The notes under the pieces were generated by a model, which worked only from the letters and a program-made list of their open reading frames with translations, did not search any database and was not told the origin of the DNA. From assembly GCF_006345805.1 (NCBI RefSeq), contig NC_043022.1, positions 18,228,001 through 18,292,000 on the forward strand: 64,000 bases of DNA, in the 5' to 3' direction. The stretch's first letter is position 1. Every line of letters starts with the position of its first letter. Position numbers and translations under genes: made by a program. Below are positions 1-11,514 of this stretch, one piece after another. The stretch is from Octopus sinensis (Eukaryota).

Positions 1-861
1 TTATATATGTATATGTGTGTGTGGGTGCGTGCATATGTCAGTACCTGTTGTGTTACGTAACCATTTACAAATGTTTCACTATCAATAATATATAACCTTA
101 AATGACCACAAGCACATACATGTGTAAGTATAATGAGAGAATGAGTAGAGAGCGAGAGAGAGAGAAAGAGAGAGAGCAGAAGAGAGGTGTTGAATGAATT
201 TACCTATTTATTTATTATACTCACCATATAAGTATACATGCATACAAACATACATATATATATATATATACATGCACATGTACTTAAGTATGTGTATATA
301 CATATATATGTATATGCGTGTATAAGTATATATTCATGTGTATGTGTAAACACTATGTACATGCACACATACGTACATACATATCTATAATACATGTGCA
401 TGCAGCCGCAATGAGCTCTTCTCCACGAAAATATTCCAGAGAAATTTACCAAGTGCCAAATTCTATATTACTGAAATATATTCTTCCAAGAATCCTAAAA
501 CTTTGCCTCACCTGCCATACTCACCCACACCATCACCACTACAATCACTACCACAGCCACCACCACCACCACTGCAACCATCAGAATGTTGCAACCCCCA
601 TCCACGACCATCATCTCCACCATGACCTTCCCTGCCGGCATCTGCAATGCCTCTCCACCCTTTTCTTTTCACCACCCCTCCCCCCAATTTTTCACCGCCC
701 CACCCCTTTGTTCCACCACCACAACTACTACTACTATACTACTTCTACCACCAGCACTACATCCACCACCATTGTCCTCACCACCATCTCTACTGTCATC
801 ACTTGTCCAACACACTGACACAAAACCACTGTAAAAGTGCCTTTATAACAGATGTGCCCCC

Positions 862-1071
862 AGTTAGCCAGAGACATTAACCCTCCAGGCAAAATGTTTA
901 GCGGTATTTCTTCTGTCTTTACGTTCTGAGTTCAAATCCCGTAGAGGTCGACTTTACCTTTCATCGTTTCGGGGTCGATAAATTAAGTACCAGTTGCGAA
1001 CTGGGGGTGATCTAATTAACTGGACCCCTCCCCCAAAATTCCAGGCCTTGTGCCTAGAGTAGAAAAGAATA
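862..1071 (+). mobile_element. SINE family A, tail variant A' (same type as the 25.8-28.2 kb array unit), degraded head
   Basis: gttctgagttcaaatcccg B-box-like motif, tttcatcgtttcggggtcgataaattaagtaccag core, tail cccccaaaattccaggccttgtgcctagagtagaaaagaata. Confidence 0.85.
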
Positions 1072-1344
1072 TATACCACCAGTAATACTATTGGGGCAAT
1101 CAAGTCAAAATTAAATCCTTTTCTTCTGGGTCCGATAAAATTAGATACCAGTGAAATACTGGGGTTAAATTTATATTCCCATAAGTGGTCTTAACTGAGA
1201 ACAAAATTATAATATATTCTAGTATTTAGGGGTGTCCCCCATTGGCTAATTTGAGGCAGATTTTGGTTATATGTAACAGTTCTGACTTCATGTATGAACC
1301 ATCGAGGTCTTGGGTGGTGGGGATGGTATATACTTTGTAGGTAT

Positions 1345-2870
1345 GCCGCCGATACAACAAGTGAAACCAGTTTTGTTATATCATGGAATACTGCTTGTGC
1401 TAAATGCTCATATTCTGATGGTGGATATTTTAAAAGAATATTGCTGTAGTTTTTTGCAGTCTTAGATCCGAATAACACAACATTTCAGTGACCAATAGCT
1501 GCTCAGACACCAGTTTCATGCCTTATCCCTCATGTAAAAGGGTTTTTAAAATTCCCCTGCATTCAGTTTAGCAATTGATGAATCAGCTGACTTACAAGAC
1601 AACCCCACAACTGGTGGTATTTGTTCGACATGCTACCTCACAACTGGTGGCATTTGTTCAACATGCAAGACAACCTAACAATTGGTAGTATTTGTTCAAT
1701 ATAAAAGACTACCTCACAACTGGCGATATTTGTTCGGCATACAAGACCACTTCACAACTGGCAGTATTTGTTCAACATACAAGACAGTCTCACAACTGGC
1801 AGTATTTGTTCAACATAAAAACCACTTCACAACTGGCGATATTTGTTCACCATGCAAGACAACCTCACAACTGGCAGTATTTGTTGGACATGCAAGACAA
1901 CCTCACAACTGGCAGTATTTGTTCGACATGCAAGACAGCCTCACAACTGGTGGTATTTGTTCAATATGTTTCTTCTGAGTTATTTGTGAGAGAAGAGATG
2001 TTGGATTCAGTGGAGTTAAAAGAAACAACTCGTTACATTGACACAAAAAAAAAAAATTGCGCTCGACAGGGCCTTACCAAATGCTCATGTCCCACTGAAT
2101 AAACTTGTCAGTGTCACAACAGATGATGCTCCTGCAATGATCGGGGGGGAAATGCAGGGTTAATTGCACTGATGAAAAGTGATTCCAGCCCTCCAGGGTA
2201 TTATTTCATTGCATTATTCATCGCGGACATCTCGTGGCCAGATACTTCGAGAATGAAGATATGGTGAAATCTGTGCTTGAAATTATTCAAATGGGAAGAG
2301 CCGCTGACAGTTGAGACATTTCATTGATGAATTGGAGCTTGAAGATAGACCTAATGATGTGTCTTTATACTGCATTGTAAGGTGGCTATCAATCAGTGAC
2401 ATCTTGAGTAGGTTTGTAGATATGTTGGAGCCTTCTATTACTTTACTTAACAAAAAAAAAACAAAGATTCTACCCTCAACTGGAAAATGACAAATGGTTG
2501 CAAGATCAGATGTTCATTACTGATAAAATGAATCATTTTCAAACCCTCAACTTGGCACTCCTGCAGAAGGATCAGATTATTTCTAATCTTACTCAGATAG
2601 GTTTCAGCTTTCAGAGTAAAATAAAAGCTTTCCAGGGACACGTATTTCAGTCACTTTCCCATTCTCAAAAGAAGAGTAAATTACTCATCTGATACTGAAA
2701 TAAAAGACCTCAACCTGCAAGAATACAAACCTAAATTACAAAGACTGCTTGATAATATGTCTAACCATGTTTGATGGCTTACAGAAGACGAAGCCTTGCT
2801 TCCTCTTTCTGGTAAGACTCGTTCATGGTTGATGCAGGCAACAATGGTCTATTAGAAAATTACTATTTTT
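1345..2870 (+). pseudogene. Degraded hAT-superfamily DNA transposase (GTF2IRD2/SPIN/Buster-like), with frameshifts, stops and an internal deletion
   Basis: Manual translation across frames gives hAT motifs in the correct order: ETSFVISWNTACAKCSYSDG, AFSLAIDESADLQD (first catalytic D), QLVVFVQYVSSELFVREEMLDSVELKETTR, KLVSVTTDDAPAMIG (second D region), FHCIIHRGHL (CxxH), YCIVRWLS (RW), WLQDQMFITDKMNHFQTLNLALL. Confidence 0.9.
1595..1968 (+). repeat. Minisatellite, 10 copies of a ~38-bp unit, inside the hAT remnant
   Basis: Unit approx. caagacaacctcacaactggcagtatttgttcaacatg; starts at ~1595, 1633, 1666, 1704, 1742, 1780, 1818, 1855, 1893, 1931. Confidence 0.95.
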
Positions 2871-2903
2871 AAATCTCACAACGAGAGATTCAGCAACAGT
2901 ACT

Positions 2904-3338
2904 TTGTAGTAAAGATTGTTTGCCAACATAACATGGTAGTCCTGGTTGAGGACGAATGTTGCTGTAATTTAGCCCCAAGAGACATCATCTCCAGCTAGCT
3001 ATACGATATGATCCGTATCCTTATCTTTTCGAACAAGGGAATCTAGCACCCCTACTCAGCTCAAAACAATATCTGTGTGTCACGATTTCCAGGTTATTTC
3101 CTTTCATCTAGTTAAACAATTATTCTGCACTGATGAAGAGAAATAACCCAGAAATTGCAATACACAGATATTTTGTTTTGAGCTGACTTGGGGTGCTATA
3201 TTCCTTTGTTCGAAAATATAAGGATACAGATCATGTTGTATAGCCAGCTCGAGACAATGTCTCCTGGGACCAAATTACAGCAACATTCGTCCTAAACCAG
3301 GACTGCCATGTTATGTTGGCAAACAATCGTTACTCCAA
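2904..3338. mobile_element. Long palindrome / foldback (MITE-like) element, ~200-bp arms, ~23-bp loop
   Basis: Left arm gattgtttgccaacataacatggtagtcctgg...gttatttcctttcatc (to ~3108) matches the reverse complement of 3132-3338, mostly with transition mismatches. Confidence 0.85.
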
Positions 3339-3916
3339 TGGTTGTCCAGTTCTCAAATTTCTTGTCATAGAATCATCTGCTATGGAAATGGAACTAAAGG
3401 AATTGACAGGAGGGCCTGGGTCTAAAGATGACTCATTAACCTCTGTCTACAATTGGGTTTAGGAAACAAGTTCCATAAGTAAAATACCCTGAAACTGAAG
3501 AAAACACGAGTGTGTGTGACTCATCTCGACTTCCAGCACAACATACAGCTGTGAATCACTACTCTGTGATGAAATTTGTGCATTGGAAGCACCCTGCAAA
3601 CTTTACCAACCATCACCTGATAGAACTAATTTGTACGGCACAGACTTCGTATCAGCCGGATTTTCATTGGCTTACAGCCAAGATGAAAACCCACAAGACC
3701 CCTACTAGCAGTAAGGAGCAACTTTAATAGACTATGTGTTGCATTGAAAGTTTGTCATCAAAATATTATGATAAACCTAACTTAGTAAGATAGGAACTGA
3801 TTTAAATATCCATTTTGGTGATCTTTCGGAGAAGGTCTATCAAAGCTGAAAGTATTTGTTCAGCAATTTCTGTAACAAATTTTTATTTCTTCAATTTTTT
3901 CCAGCCAAATTGCTTA

Positions 3917-4143
3917 TACTCTTTTACTCTTTCACTTGTTTCAGTCATTTGACTGCGGCCATGCTGGAGCACCGCCTTTAGTCGAGCAAATCGACCCCGG
4001 GACTTATTCTTTGTAAGCCCAGTACTTATTCTATCGGTCTCTTTTGCCGAACCGCTAAGTGACGGGGACGTAAACACACCAGTATCGGTTGTCAAGCAAT
4101 GCCAGGGGGACAAACACAGACACACAAACACACACACATACAT

Positions 4144-4181
<38 letters not shown>

Positions 4182-4378
4182 CTATCTATATATATATATA
4201 TTATATATACATATATACGACAGGCTTCTTTCAGTTTCCGTCTACCAAATCCACTCACAAGGCTCTGGTTGGCTCGAGGCTATAGTAGAAGACACTTTCC
4301 CAAGATGCCACGCAGTGGGACTGAACCCGGAACCATGTGGTTGGTTAGCAAGCTACTTACCACAGCCACTCCTGTGCC
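3917..4378 (-). mobile_element. SINE family B (tRNA-like head, CORE-like ccttgggcaagtgtctt segment, internal (TA/TG)n), full length
   Basis: Near-identical to more than 10 other copies in the window (e.g. 34185-34595, 52635-53050). Confidence 0.9.
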
Positions 4379-4496
4379 TATATTTATATTTATATATTTT
4401 GTATATAAGTCTATGTATGTATGTGTTTATGTGTGGGTATGTATATTTGTGTATGTATAACTCATACATACAAAAATATACATACATGCACAAATA

Positions 4497-4893
4497 AAAC
4501 CCCTCAGAATTTTGCAGTGTTTTTAAAATATAATTTTTAAATGCGAACATTACAAGTAGGTCATTGTTTCTTCTCATAATTTCAAATTAATTTTCAAAAT
4601 CGAAATATTAAAATTTAAACAAAGCTTCATGCTTTTGCGCAGCCAAAATAAATGAGTTTGCTCAATTCACTTGCATATTTGTGTGTATGTCTGTTTGTGC
4701 GCAATTTTTGTTAATTTTGAAAATGGAAAATTTTGGTTAAATTTTAAAATTTTAGAATTCCAATTTCAAAACTTAATTTGAAATTATGAGAAGAAACAAA
4801 TTGCACATTTGTAATGTCCACATTTTAAAAAGTAGGTTTTTTTAAGAAATATGCCAAAAATCTCGGATTTTAAGAATTTTAGGGGCTGATTTA
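4497..4893. mobile_element. Old AT-rich inverted-repeat element (MITE-like)
   Basis: gtttcttctcataatttcaaattaa (~4567) is the reverse complement of ttaatttgaaattatgagaagaaac (~4774); weaker matches extend to aaacccctcagaattt / aattttaggggctgattt. Confidence 0.6.
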
Positions 4894-5474
4894 ATTTCTT
4901 TTTTTATTATTTTAAAATTAGTCAAACACACCAAAGTGGAAAACTTTTGGAAAAAACCAAAAGGCAAAACAAATATGGGGTGTTAAAAGTTGTGCTTCCA
5001 TTTGAACTGGGTTCTTTTATTTTATTGGTTTCAGCCATTAGACTGTGGCCATGCTAGGGCACAGCCTTGATACTTAATTTTGGCAAGCCTGGTACTTGAT
5101 AGATGCAAATGTAGACACATTATAAATTCTGACCATAACTTGCGGCTCTCACACATCTGAACCGTAATACACACGTACACACACATACATGCATACATAC
5201 ATACATACATACATACATACATACATACACACACACACATACATACATTCATACATACATTCATACATTCATACATACATTCATACATACATTCATACAT
5301 TCATACATACATACATACACACACATACACACACATACACACATACATACATACACACACACATACATACATACATTCATACATACATACTTACATGCAT
5401 GCATACATTCATACATACATTCATACATACACACATACACACACACATGCATACACACACATACACACACACAA

Positions 5475-5635
5475 CAGGCTTCTTTCGGTTTCCATCTGCC
5501 AAATCCACTCACAAGGCTTTGGTCAGTCGGAGGCTATAGTAGAATACACTTGCCCAAGGTGCCACGCAGTGGGACTGAACCCGGAACCATGTGGTTTGTA
5601 AGCAAGCTTTTTACCACACAGCCCCTCCTGCACCT
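5475..5635 (-). mobile_element. SINE family B, 5' half
   Basis: acaggcttctttcggtttccatctgccaaatccactcacaaggctttggtc...accacacagcccctcctg matches other B copies. Confidence 0.85.
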
Positions 5636-5778
5636 ATACTCATAAATATGCGTGTGTGTGAATGAGTGTGTGTGTGTGTGTGTGACAGTAGGGTGTGTGA
5701 TTTGAAGTAGATTTGGTTACTCATTTAAGCTACCGTGTGGAGGTCCCCGTCTTAGGCTGATGGATATATATGTAAGAA

Positions 5779-6009
5779 GGCGGTGAGCTGGCAGAAACGT
5801 TAGCACGCCGGGCGAAATGCATAGCTGTATTTCGTCCGCCGTTACGTTCTGAGTTCAAATTCCGTCGAGGTCAACTTTGCCTTTCATCCTTTCAGGGTCA
5901 ATAAATAAAGTACCAGTTACGCACTGGGGTCGATGTAATCGACTTAATCTCTTTGTCTATCCTTGTTTGTCCCCTCTATGTTTAGCCCTTTGTAGGCAGT
6001 AAAGAAATA
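5779..6009 (+). mobile_element. SINE family A, full length (tRNA-like A and B boxes, central domain, aaagaaata end)
   Basis: ggcggtgagctggcagaaacgttagcacgccgggcgaaatgc...gagttcaaattccg...gcctttcatcctttcagggtc; recurs many times in the window. Confidence 0.9.
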
Positions 6010-6279
6010 TATATGTAAGATAGTAGTAGGATATGATTTGAGGGAGACTTCACTGCTATATCTACCAGATCTAGCTACCAAGCTGAGAGCTCTTACATAT
6101 GCATATCTAAGATGTTATTGTTACACTAACTATTATTGATCACCTTATTGTTTATAGTCAACATTATTGATTATATACGATCGCTGTGTGATTTTTGCAT
6201 CGTATTCAGCTTCTTTTGTTTCAGTATCTATGTCACACACACACACACACACACACATGAAAGGATACTCGTTCACAGC

Positions 6280-6446
6280 TCATCATCATCATCATCATTG
6301 TTCAACCGTGGTCGAGACAATGGAATTTACCATGCTACGCCAGACTTCACGGTCCATCATGACATTACGGAGGTCCTGTTGCTGGATGCCTGTATCCCTG
6401 GAGATTACATCAGGATAGGAGAGTGTGCGCCCTCTGGTATTGCGAG
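6280..6446 (-). mobile_element. 5'-truncated RTE-type LINE 3' end with (GAT)n tail
   Basis: Minus strand reads RNTRGRTLSYPDVISRDTGIQQQDLRNVMMDREVWRSMVNSIVSTTVEQ*, followed directly by tgatgatgatgatg. The DTG...MxDRxxWR pattern is typical of RTE ORF C-termini. Confidence 0.8.
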
Positions 6447-6876
6447 TACACACCTATTGCATACATATGCACACTTACATGCATGTATACACCCCCCCAC
6501 ACACACGTTTAACATACACACATTCACATACAGACACCGCTGCACACATAAGTATATCACATATAACATGCACACAGTCACATAGACACCAACACGCACT
6601 CATAAAATAAGGACGAAATGTTTAGTGGTATTTCATCTGTCTTTACGTTCTGAGTTCAAATTCCGCCAAGGTCGATTAATTAGGTACCAGTTACGCACTG
6701 AGGTCAATGAAATCGACTTCATCCCTTTCTCTATCCTTGTTTGTCCCCTATGCTTAGCTCCCTATGGGCAATAAAGAAATAAGAAACGTTAGCACGCCAG
6801 GCGAAATGTTTAGGGGTATTTCGTCTGTCTTTTCGTTCTGAGTTCAAATTCCGCCAAGGTCGATAAATTAGGTACC

Positions 6877-7108
6877 TATTTCATTATTACCCACAAGGGG
6901 CTAAACATAGATGGGACAAACAAGGACAGACATAGGTATTAAGTCGATTACATCGACCCCAGTGCGTAACTGGTACTTAATTTATCGACCCCGAAAGGAT
7001 GAAAGGCAAAGTCGACCTCGGCGGAATTTGAACTCACAACGTAGCGGCAGACGAAATACCGCTAAGCATTTCGTCCGGCGCGCTAACGTTTCTGCCAGCT
7101 CACCGCCC
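6877..7108 (-). mobile_element. Full-length SINE A inserted into another SINE A, with 13-bp TSD
   Basis: taaattaggtacc at 6864-6876 and 7109-7121. Confidence 0.9.
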
Positions 7109-7241
7109 TAAATTAGGTACCACTTACGCACTGGGGTCGATGTAATCGACTTAATCCCTTTGTCTGTCCTTGTTTGTCCCCTCTATGCTTAGCTCCCTAT
7201 GGGCAATAAAGAAATAAGAAACATTAGCATGCCAGGCGAAA

Positions 7242-7385
7242 TCATCATCATCATCATTTAGCATCCGCTTTCCATGCTAGCATGGGTTGGACGGTTCAAC
7301 TGGGGTCTGTGAAGCCAGAAGGCTGCATCAGGCCCAATCTGATCTGGCAGTGTTTCTACGGCTGGATGCCCTTCCTAACGCCAAA
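7242..7385 (-). mobile_element. SINE family C 3' end with (GAT)n tail
   Basis: Reverse complement reads gttaggaagggcatccagccgtagaaacactgcc...caacccatgctagcatggaaagcggatgctaaatgatgatg. Confidence 0.85.
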
Positions 7386-8085
7386 TGTTTAGCGGTATTT
7401 CATCTGTCTTTACGTTCTGAGCTCAAATTCCGCTGAGTTCAACATTGCCTTTCATCCTTTCAAATAATGTAAACAATGTACATAATTCCTCATCTCTTAA
7501 ATATAAAACTGTAGACGATACAAAGATGGACAGGAAAAACAGTCTATGTATATACGCCCTCATGTTTTGAGATGTATTTTTGCTGTTTGAAATCCCCAAA
7601 CCTAGATATATTTAACGTTTAAGTACTTTGGCACGAAAAACTGAACTTTTCAGTCACCCTTGCAGTTTTCTATTTCATCCTATAAAAGATATACTTGCAT
7701 ACACATTTGCCTTGTGTATTGAGTTCTACGTCTCCCGTTTGTAAAACCCAACTTACAACACATATACATGCATGCATGTATATACACATGCATGTGTGTG
7801 TGTGTGTGTGTGTGTACACTCTCCACTCTGCCCTAGGTATCTCGCTCTACTCCACCCTCTCCACACCCCTATCACTCTCTCCTTTAGCGAAATCTCTATT
7901 TCTATCTCAGAATGTTGGATATTTGGAATGAACTCAAGAATGGAACCAGCAAACCAAACCGACTTGCTGCTTTGCCTTTTCCTCCTCCCTCCACTTTCTC
8001 TTTCATTCTCACTCTCCTCTCTCCTTCTCTCTCTCTATATATATATATATATATTATATATATATATATATATTATATATATATA

Positions 8086-8123
<38 letters not shown>

Positions 8124-9464
8124 GAGGGGGAGAGAGAGAGAGAGAGAGAGAAAGACAGATAGAGAGATGAGAGACAGACAGAGAAACAGAATGATAAATA
8201 TATGTGCGTGTATACCTCTGTGAGTGCATGTATATCTCTCCCCACTCTCTCTCTATCTCGTTCTCTCTCTCTCTCTCTCTCGCGTTCTCTCTCTCTCTCT
8301 CTGTATATATGTACGCATACACACACATATACACATACACGCATATATATTTGTCTCTTCATTTGTATCTTACCCTCTATCTTCTTTCTTTGTCTCCCTT
8401 GCTCTGTCTCTTTCTCTCTCCCTTTCTCTCTCTCCTTATCACTATTTCCTAAAATCCAACTAACAGCAGCAGTAACCCCAACAATAACAACAACAACAAC
8501 AACAGTAACGTGTGTATGAGAAAGTTTCAACAAGACCGTTCAACTTCTAAAAGTAGCAGCTAAATCTCCCTCAAATCACACACTCTGGTGTGTTACAGTA
8601 GAAATTACACACACTTTTTCAATCAGCTGTAGTCCTTGACGCATGCTGTCAGAGAGGAGGAGGGTGATTGGATGGTCATATATGGGATGTCTTTGAGCAT
8701 TGCTCTAATGGCGCTGGGTCGTCATGGTGATAGTGTAACTAACAACATCCTCAATAACAGCAATATATGTGAGTGTAGGCGTGAATGTTTATACAAGTGT
8801 ATGTATGTGTGTGTATGCATCTATCTATATGAGTGTATATATGTGTGTGTATGAATGTACACACACACACACACATGTACACACACACACACACATGTAT
8901 GTACACACACACACACACACACACTCACTATGTATATATGAATACTGAAAAGAATGAAAATCCTCATTAGCTATGGAGTCCTGACTACATATGCAGTTTC
9001 AGCACGTTTAAAATCTGAAGTCTTTAAATACCACAGTTCTGCTCATCTGGTTGCGCCTGCGATAAAGGGAATATCACTAAGGCGATGAACAAACAAGGAT
9101 TAAACATGAAGAACAACAGCATAAAAGTAGGATGGAAAATTACAGCAATTATTCCAGTCATTGGACGGCAACCATTCTTGTGGCACAATTTACCCATGTT
9201 TAGTTGCATATTTTTTTTGCTGAACTGCTAAGTTGCAAGCACTTTAACAAACTAATGCCGATTATCAAGCGGTGAATAACAGACACATAGCCACCCCATG
9301 CATACACATCCAAATATAGATATAAATTACTCACACACACACATGTGATGAATTTCCTTGTAAGGTATTGACCTACATGGGTCAGTGGTAGGAGCTACTT
9401 GCTAAAGGTGCCGTACAGTGGAACTGAACCCGAAACCATATGACTGCAAGATGAAAAAATTAAT

Positions 9465-9625
9465 AGGCATGGCTGTGTGGTATGAAGCTTGCTTCCCAAC
9501 TACATGGTTCTGTGTTCAGTCCCACTGTATGGCACCTTATGCAAGTGTCTTCTGCAATAGCCTCGGGCCGACCAAAGCCTTGTGAGTGGATTTGGTATAT
9601 CGAAACTGAAAGAAACCTGTCGTGT
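9465..9625 (+). mobile_element. SINE family B, 5' half
   Basis: ggcatggctgtgtgg...ccaaagccttgtgagtggatttgg...gaaactgaaagaaacctgtcg. Confidence 0.8.
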
Positions 9626-9657
9626 GTATGTGCCATGTTGATTCGCTAGCTTCTGCA

Positions 9658-9842
9658 CACATTTTTTTTCTCTCCTTGTTTCTCTCCGTGTTTCTTTTCT
9701 GTGTATCTTTCTGTTGAAGAGCGTAGGCTCGAAACGTAAAAGACTAGTTTTATTTCTATTCCTGAGCGCCATACTAATACAATTGTTTGTTTGTATTCCA
9801 CCTGCCTTCGTCTTTTGTTTATTTTCATAAAGCTTCCCGTTA
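9658..9842 (+). mobile_element. Penelope-like (PLE) fragment ending in (TA)n, containing a hammerhead-like motif
   Basis: Near-identical to 53420-53590; carries tcttt-ctgttga-a-gagc-gtag-gctc-gaaa-cgta-aaaga. PLE assignment is inferred from the motif architecture. Confidence 0.55.
9706..9743 (+). ncRNA. Minimal type I hammerhead-ribozyme-like motif (variant core CUGUUGA)
   Basis: Stem I UCUUU/AAAGA, stem II GAGC/GCUC with GUAG loop, GAAA, palindromic ACGU stem III, GUA cleavage triplet; A6 is replaced by U. Confidence 0.55.
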
Positions 9843-9847
9843 TATAT

Positions 9848-9891
<44 letters not shown>

Positions 9892-10249
9892 GGTGCACTG
9901 GGGTCAATGTATTCAACTACACCTGTCCCCCAAAATTGCAGACCTTGTGCTTATAACAAAAAGGAATATTATATAAGATTCATTTCAACTTGTTCCGAGT
10001 TGAAATTCTGCCGTAGTTGACTTTGCTTTTCATTCTTTAAGGGGCCGATAAAATGAGTAACAGTGAAACCCTTCGGGTGGATGTAACCAGCATACCCCTT
10101 CTTTGAAATTGCTGGCCTTGTGCCAAACTTTCAGTTTTCTTTTCGGTTAGTTAAATATTAAACAGACCATTCTTTAAATGCATGATTCATGAGAAAATTC
10201 TTTCCTAGAAAATATTTATTTGCATATTTTCATCTACATACTTCCTTCT

Positions 10250-10419
10250 CTTTCATCCACCAATCTATCTATCTGTCGTCTATCTATTTATCTGTCTATC
10301 TGTCAATCTCTCTGTCTCTATCTACCAATCTATTTATCTATCTATCTATCTGTCTGTCATCTATGTCTATTATCTATCTATCTATCTATGTCTGTCTGTC
10401 TCTCTACCTAACTACCTAC

Positions 10420-10451
<32 letters not shown>

Positions 10452-10536
10452 ACACATCTATCTATCTATCTATCTATCTGTCATCTATCTATCTATCTAT
10501 CTACCTACCTATCTATCTATCTATCTATCTACCTAC

Positions 10537-10611
<75 letters not shown>

Positions 10612-10680
10612 CCTTTCTATCTCTCTGTCTATCTATCTATCTACCTACCTACCTATCTATCTATCTATCTATTTATTTCA
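10250..10680. repeat. (TATC)n / GATA tetranucleotide tract
   Basis: Long run of tatctatc with variants. Confidence 0.95.
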
Positions 10681-10859
10681 TGAGTTAGGAAAAAGTTCCT
10701 ATGCTGTTGGCGGTGAGAGGGAATTTGACGTTTGAGGGAACTCAATCTTGGTCAGAGGAAAAAGCTATTGCAACTCAACCAGTTCTCACTATAATATGTA
10801 CACACACACACACACTCACGTATACTTACTTATGTGTATATTATGTTTAACTATCTATC

Positions 10860-11128
10860 CAGCTATACGTCCGTCCATCCATACATCCCGTCTACACCCA
10901 TTTTGTCTTGTCAGTTCGTCCGTCCATCCATACATGCATACATACATAACATACATACACACACACATACATACATACACACACACACACATACATGCAT
11001 ACACACACATATACATACATACACATACATACATACATACATACACATACATACACACACACACATATACGTACAAACATACATACACACGTACATGCAT
11101 ACATACATCCATCCATCCATACATACAT

Positions 11129-11159
<31 letters not shown>

Positions 11160-11420
11160 TACATCCATCCATACATACATACATACATACATACATACAT
11201 ACATACACACATACATCATACATACACACACATACATCCATAACATACATACATACACACACACACATACATCCATAAATACATACATACATACATACAT
11301 ACATACATACATACATACATACATACATACATACACACACACATACATCCATACATACACACACATACATACATACCAAACATACATACGTACATACATA
11401 CATACATCCATACAGTGCGT
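10860..11420. repeat. (CATA)n/(CA)n compound microsatellite
   Basis: Direct reading; source of the HTYI/VCMY ORFs. Confidence 0.95.
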
Positions 11421-11451
11421 GCGTGTATGTATATCTATATCTATATATCTA

Positions 11452-11514
<63 letters not shown>

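Larger units (their letters stand above)
6612..7460 (+). mobile_element. Head-to-tail cluster of three partial SINE A copies with two nested insertions
   Basis: Repeated junction gcaataaagaaataagaaac(g/a)ttagca at ~6768 and ~7204; nested A copy (-) at 6877-7108 and C copy (-) at ~7242-7385. Confidence 0.85.

Noticed and set aside
2447-2692. ORFs 2498-2692 (+) and 2447-2641 (-) as independent genes
   Set aside because: The + ORF is a fragment of the decayed hAT transposase; the - ORF is its antisense shadow.
6911-7111. Recurrent ORF YRPRKDERQSRPRRNLNS (also 33909-34184, 57682-57891)
   Set aside because: Antisense reading of SINE A, not a gene family. Likewise the TDRISTGLTKNKSRG... and SVYQIHSQG... 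ORFs come from SINE B.
8035-8125. Regular phase switches (TATATTATATA) in long (TA)n tracts
   Set aside because: Seen in many TA tracts; most simply slippage or consensus error in palindromic AT repeats.
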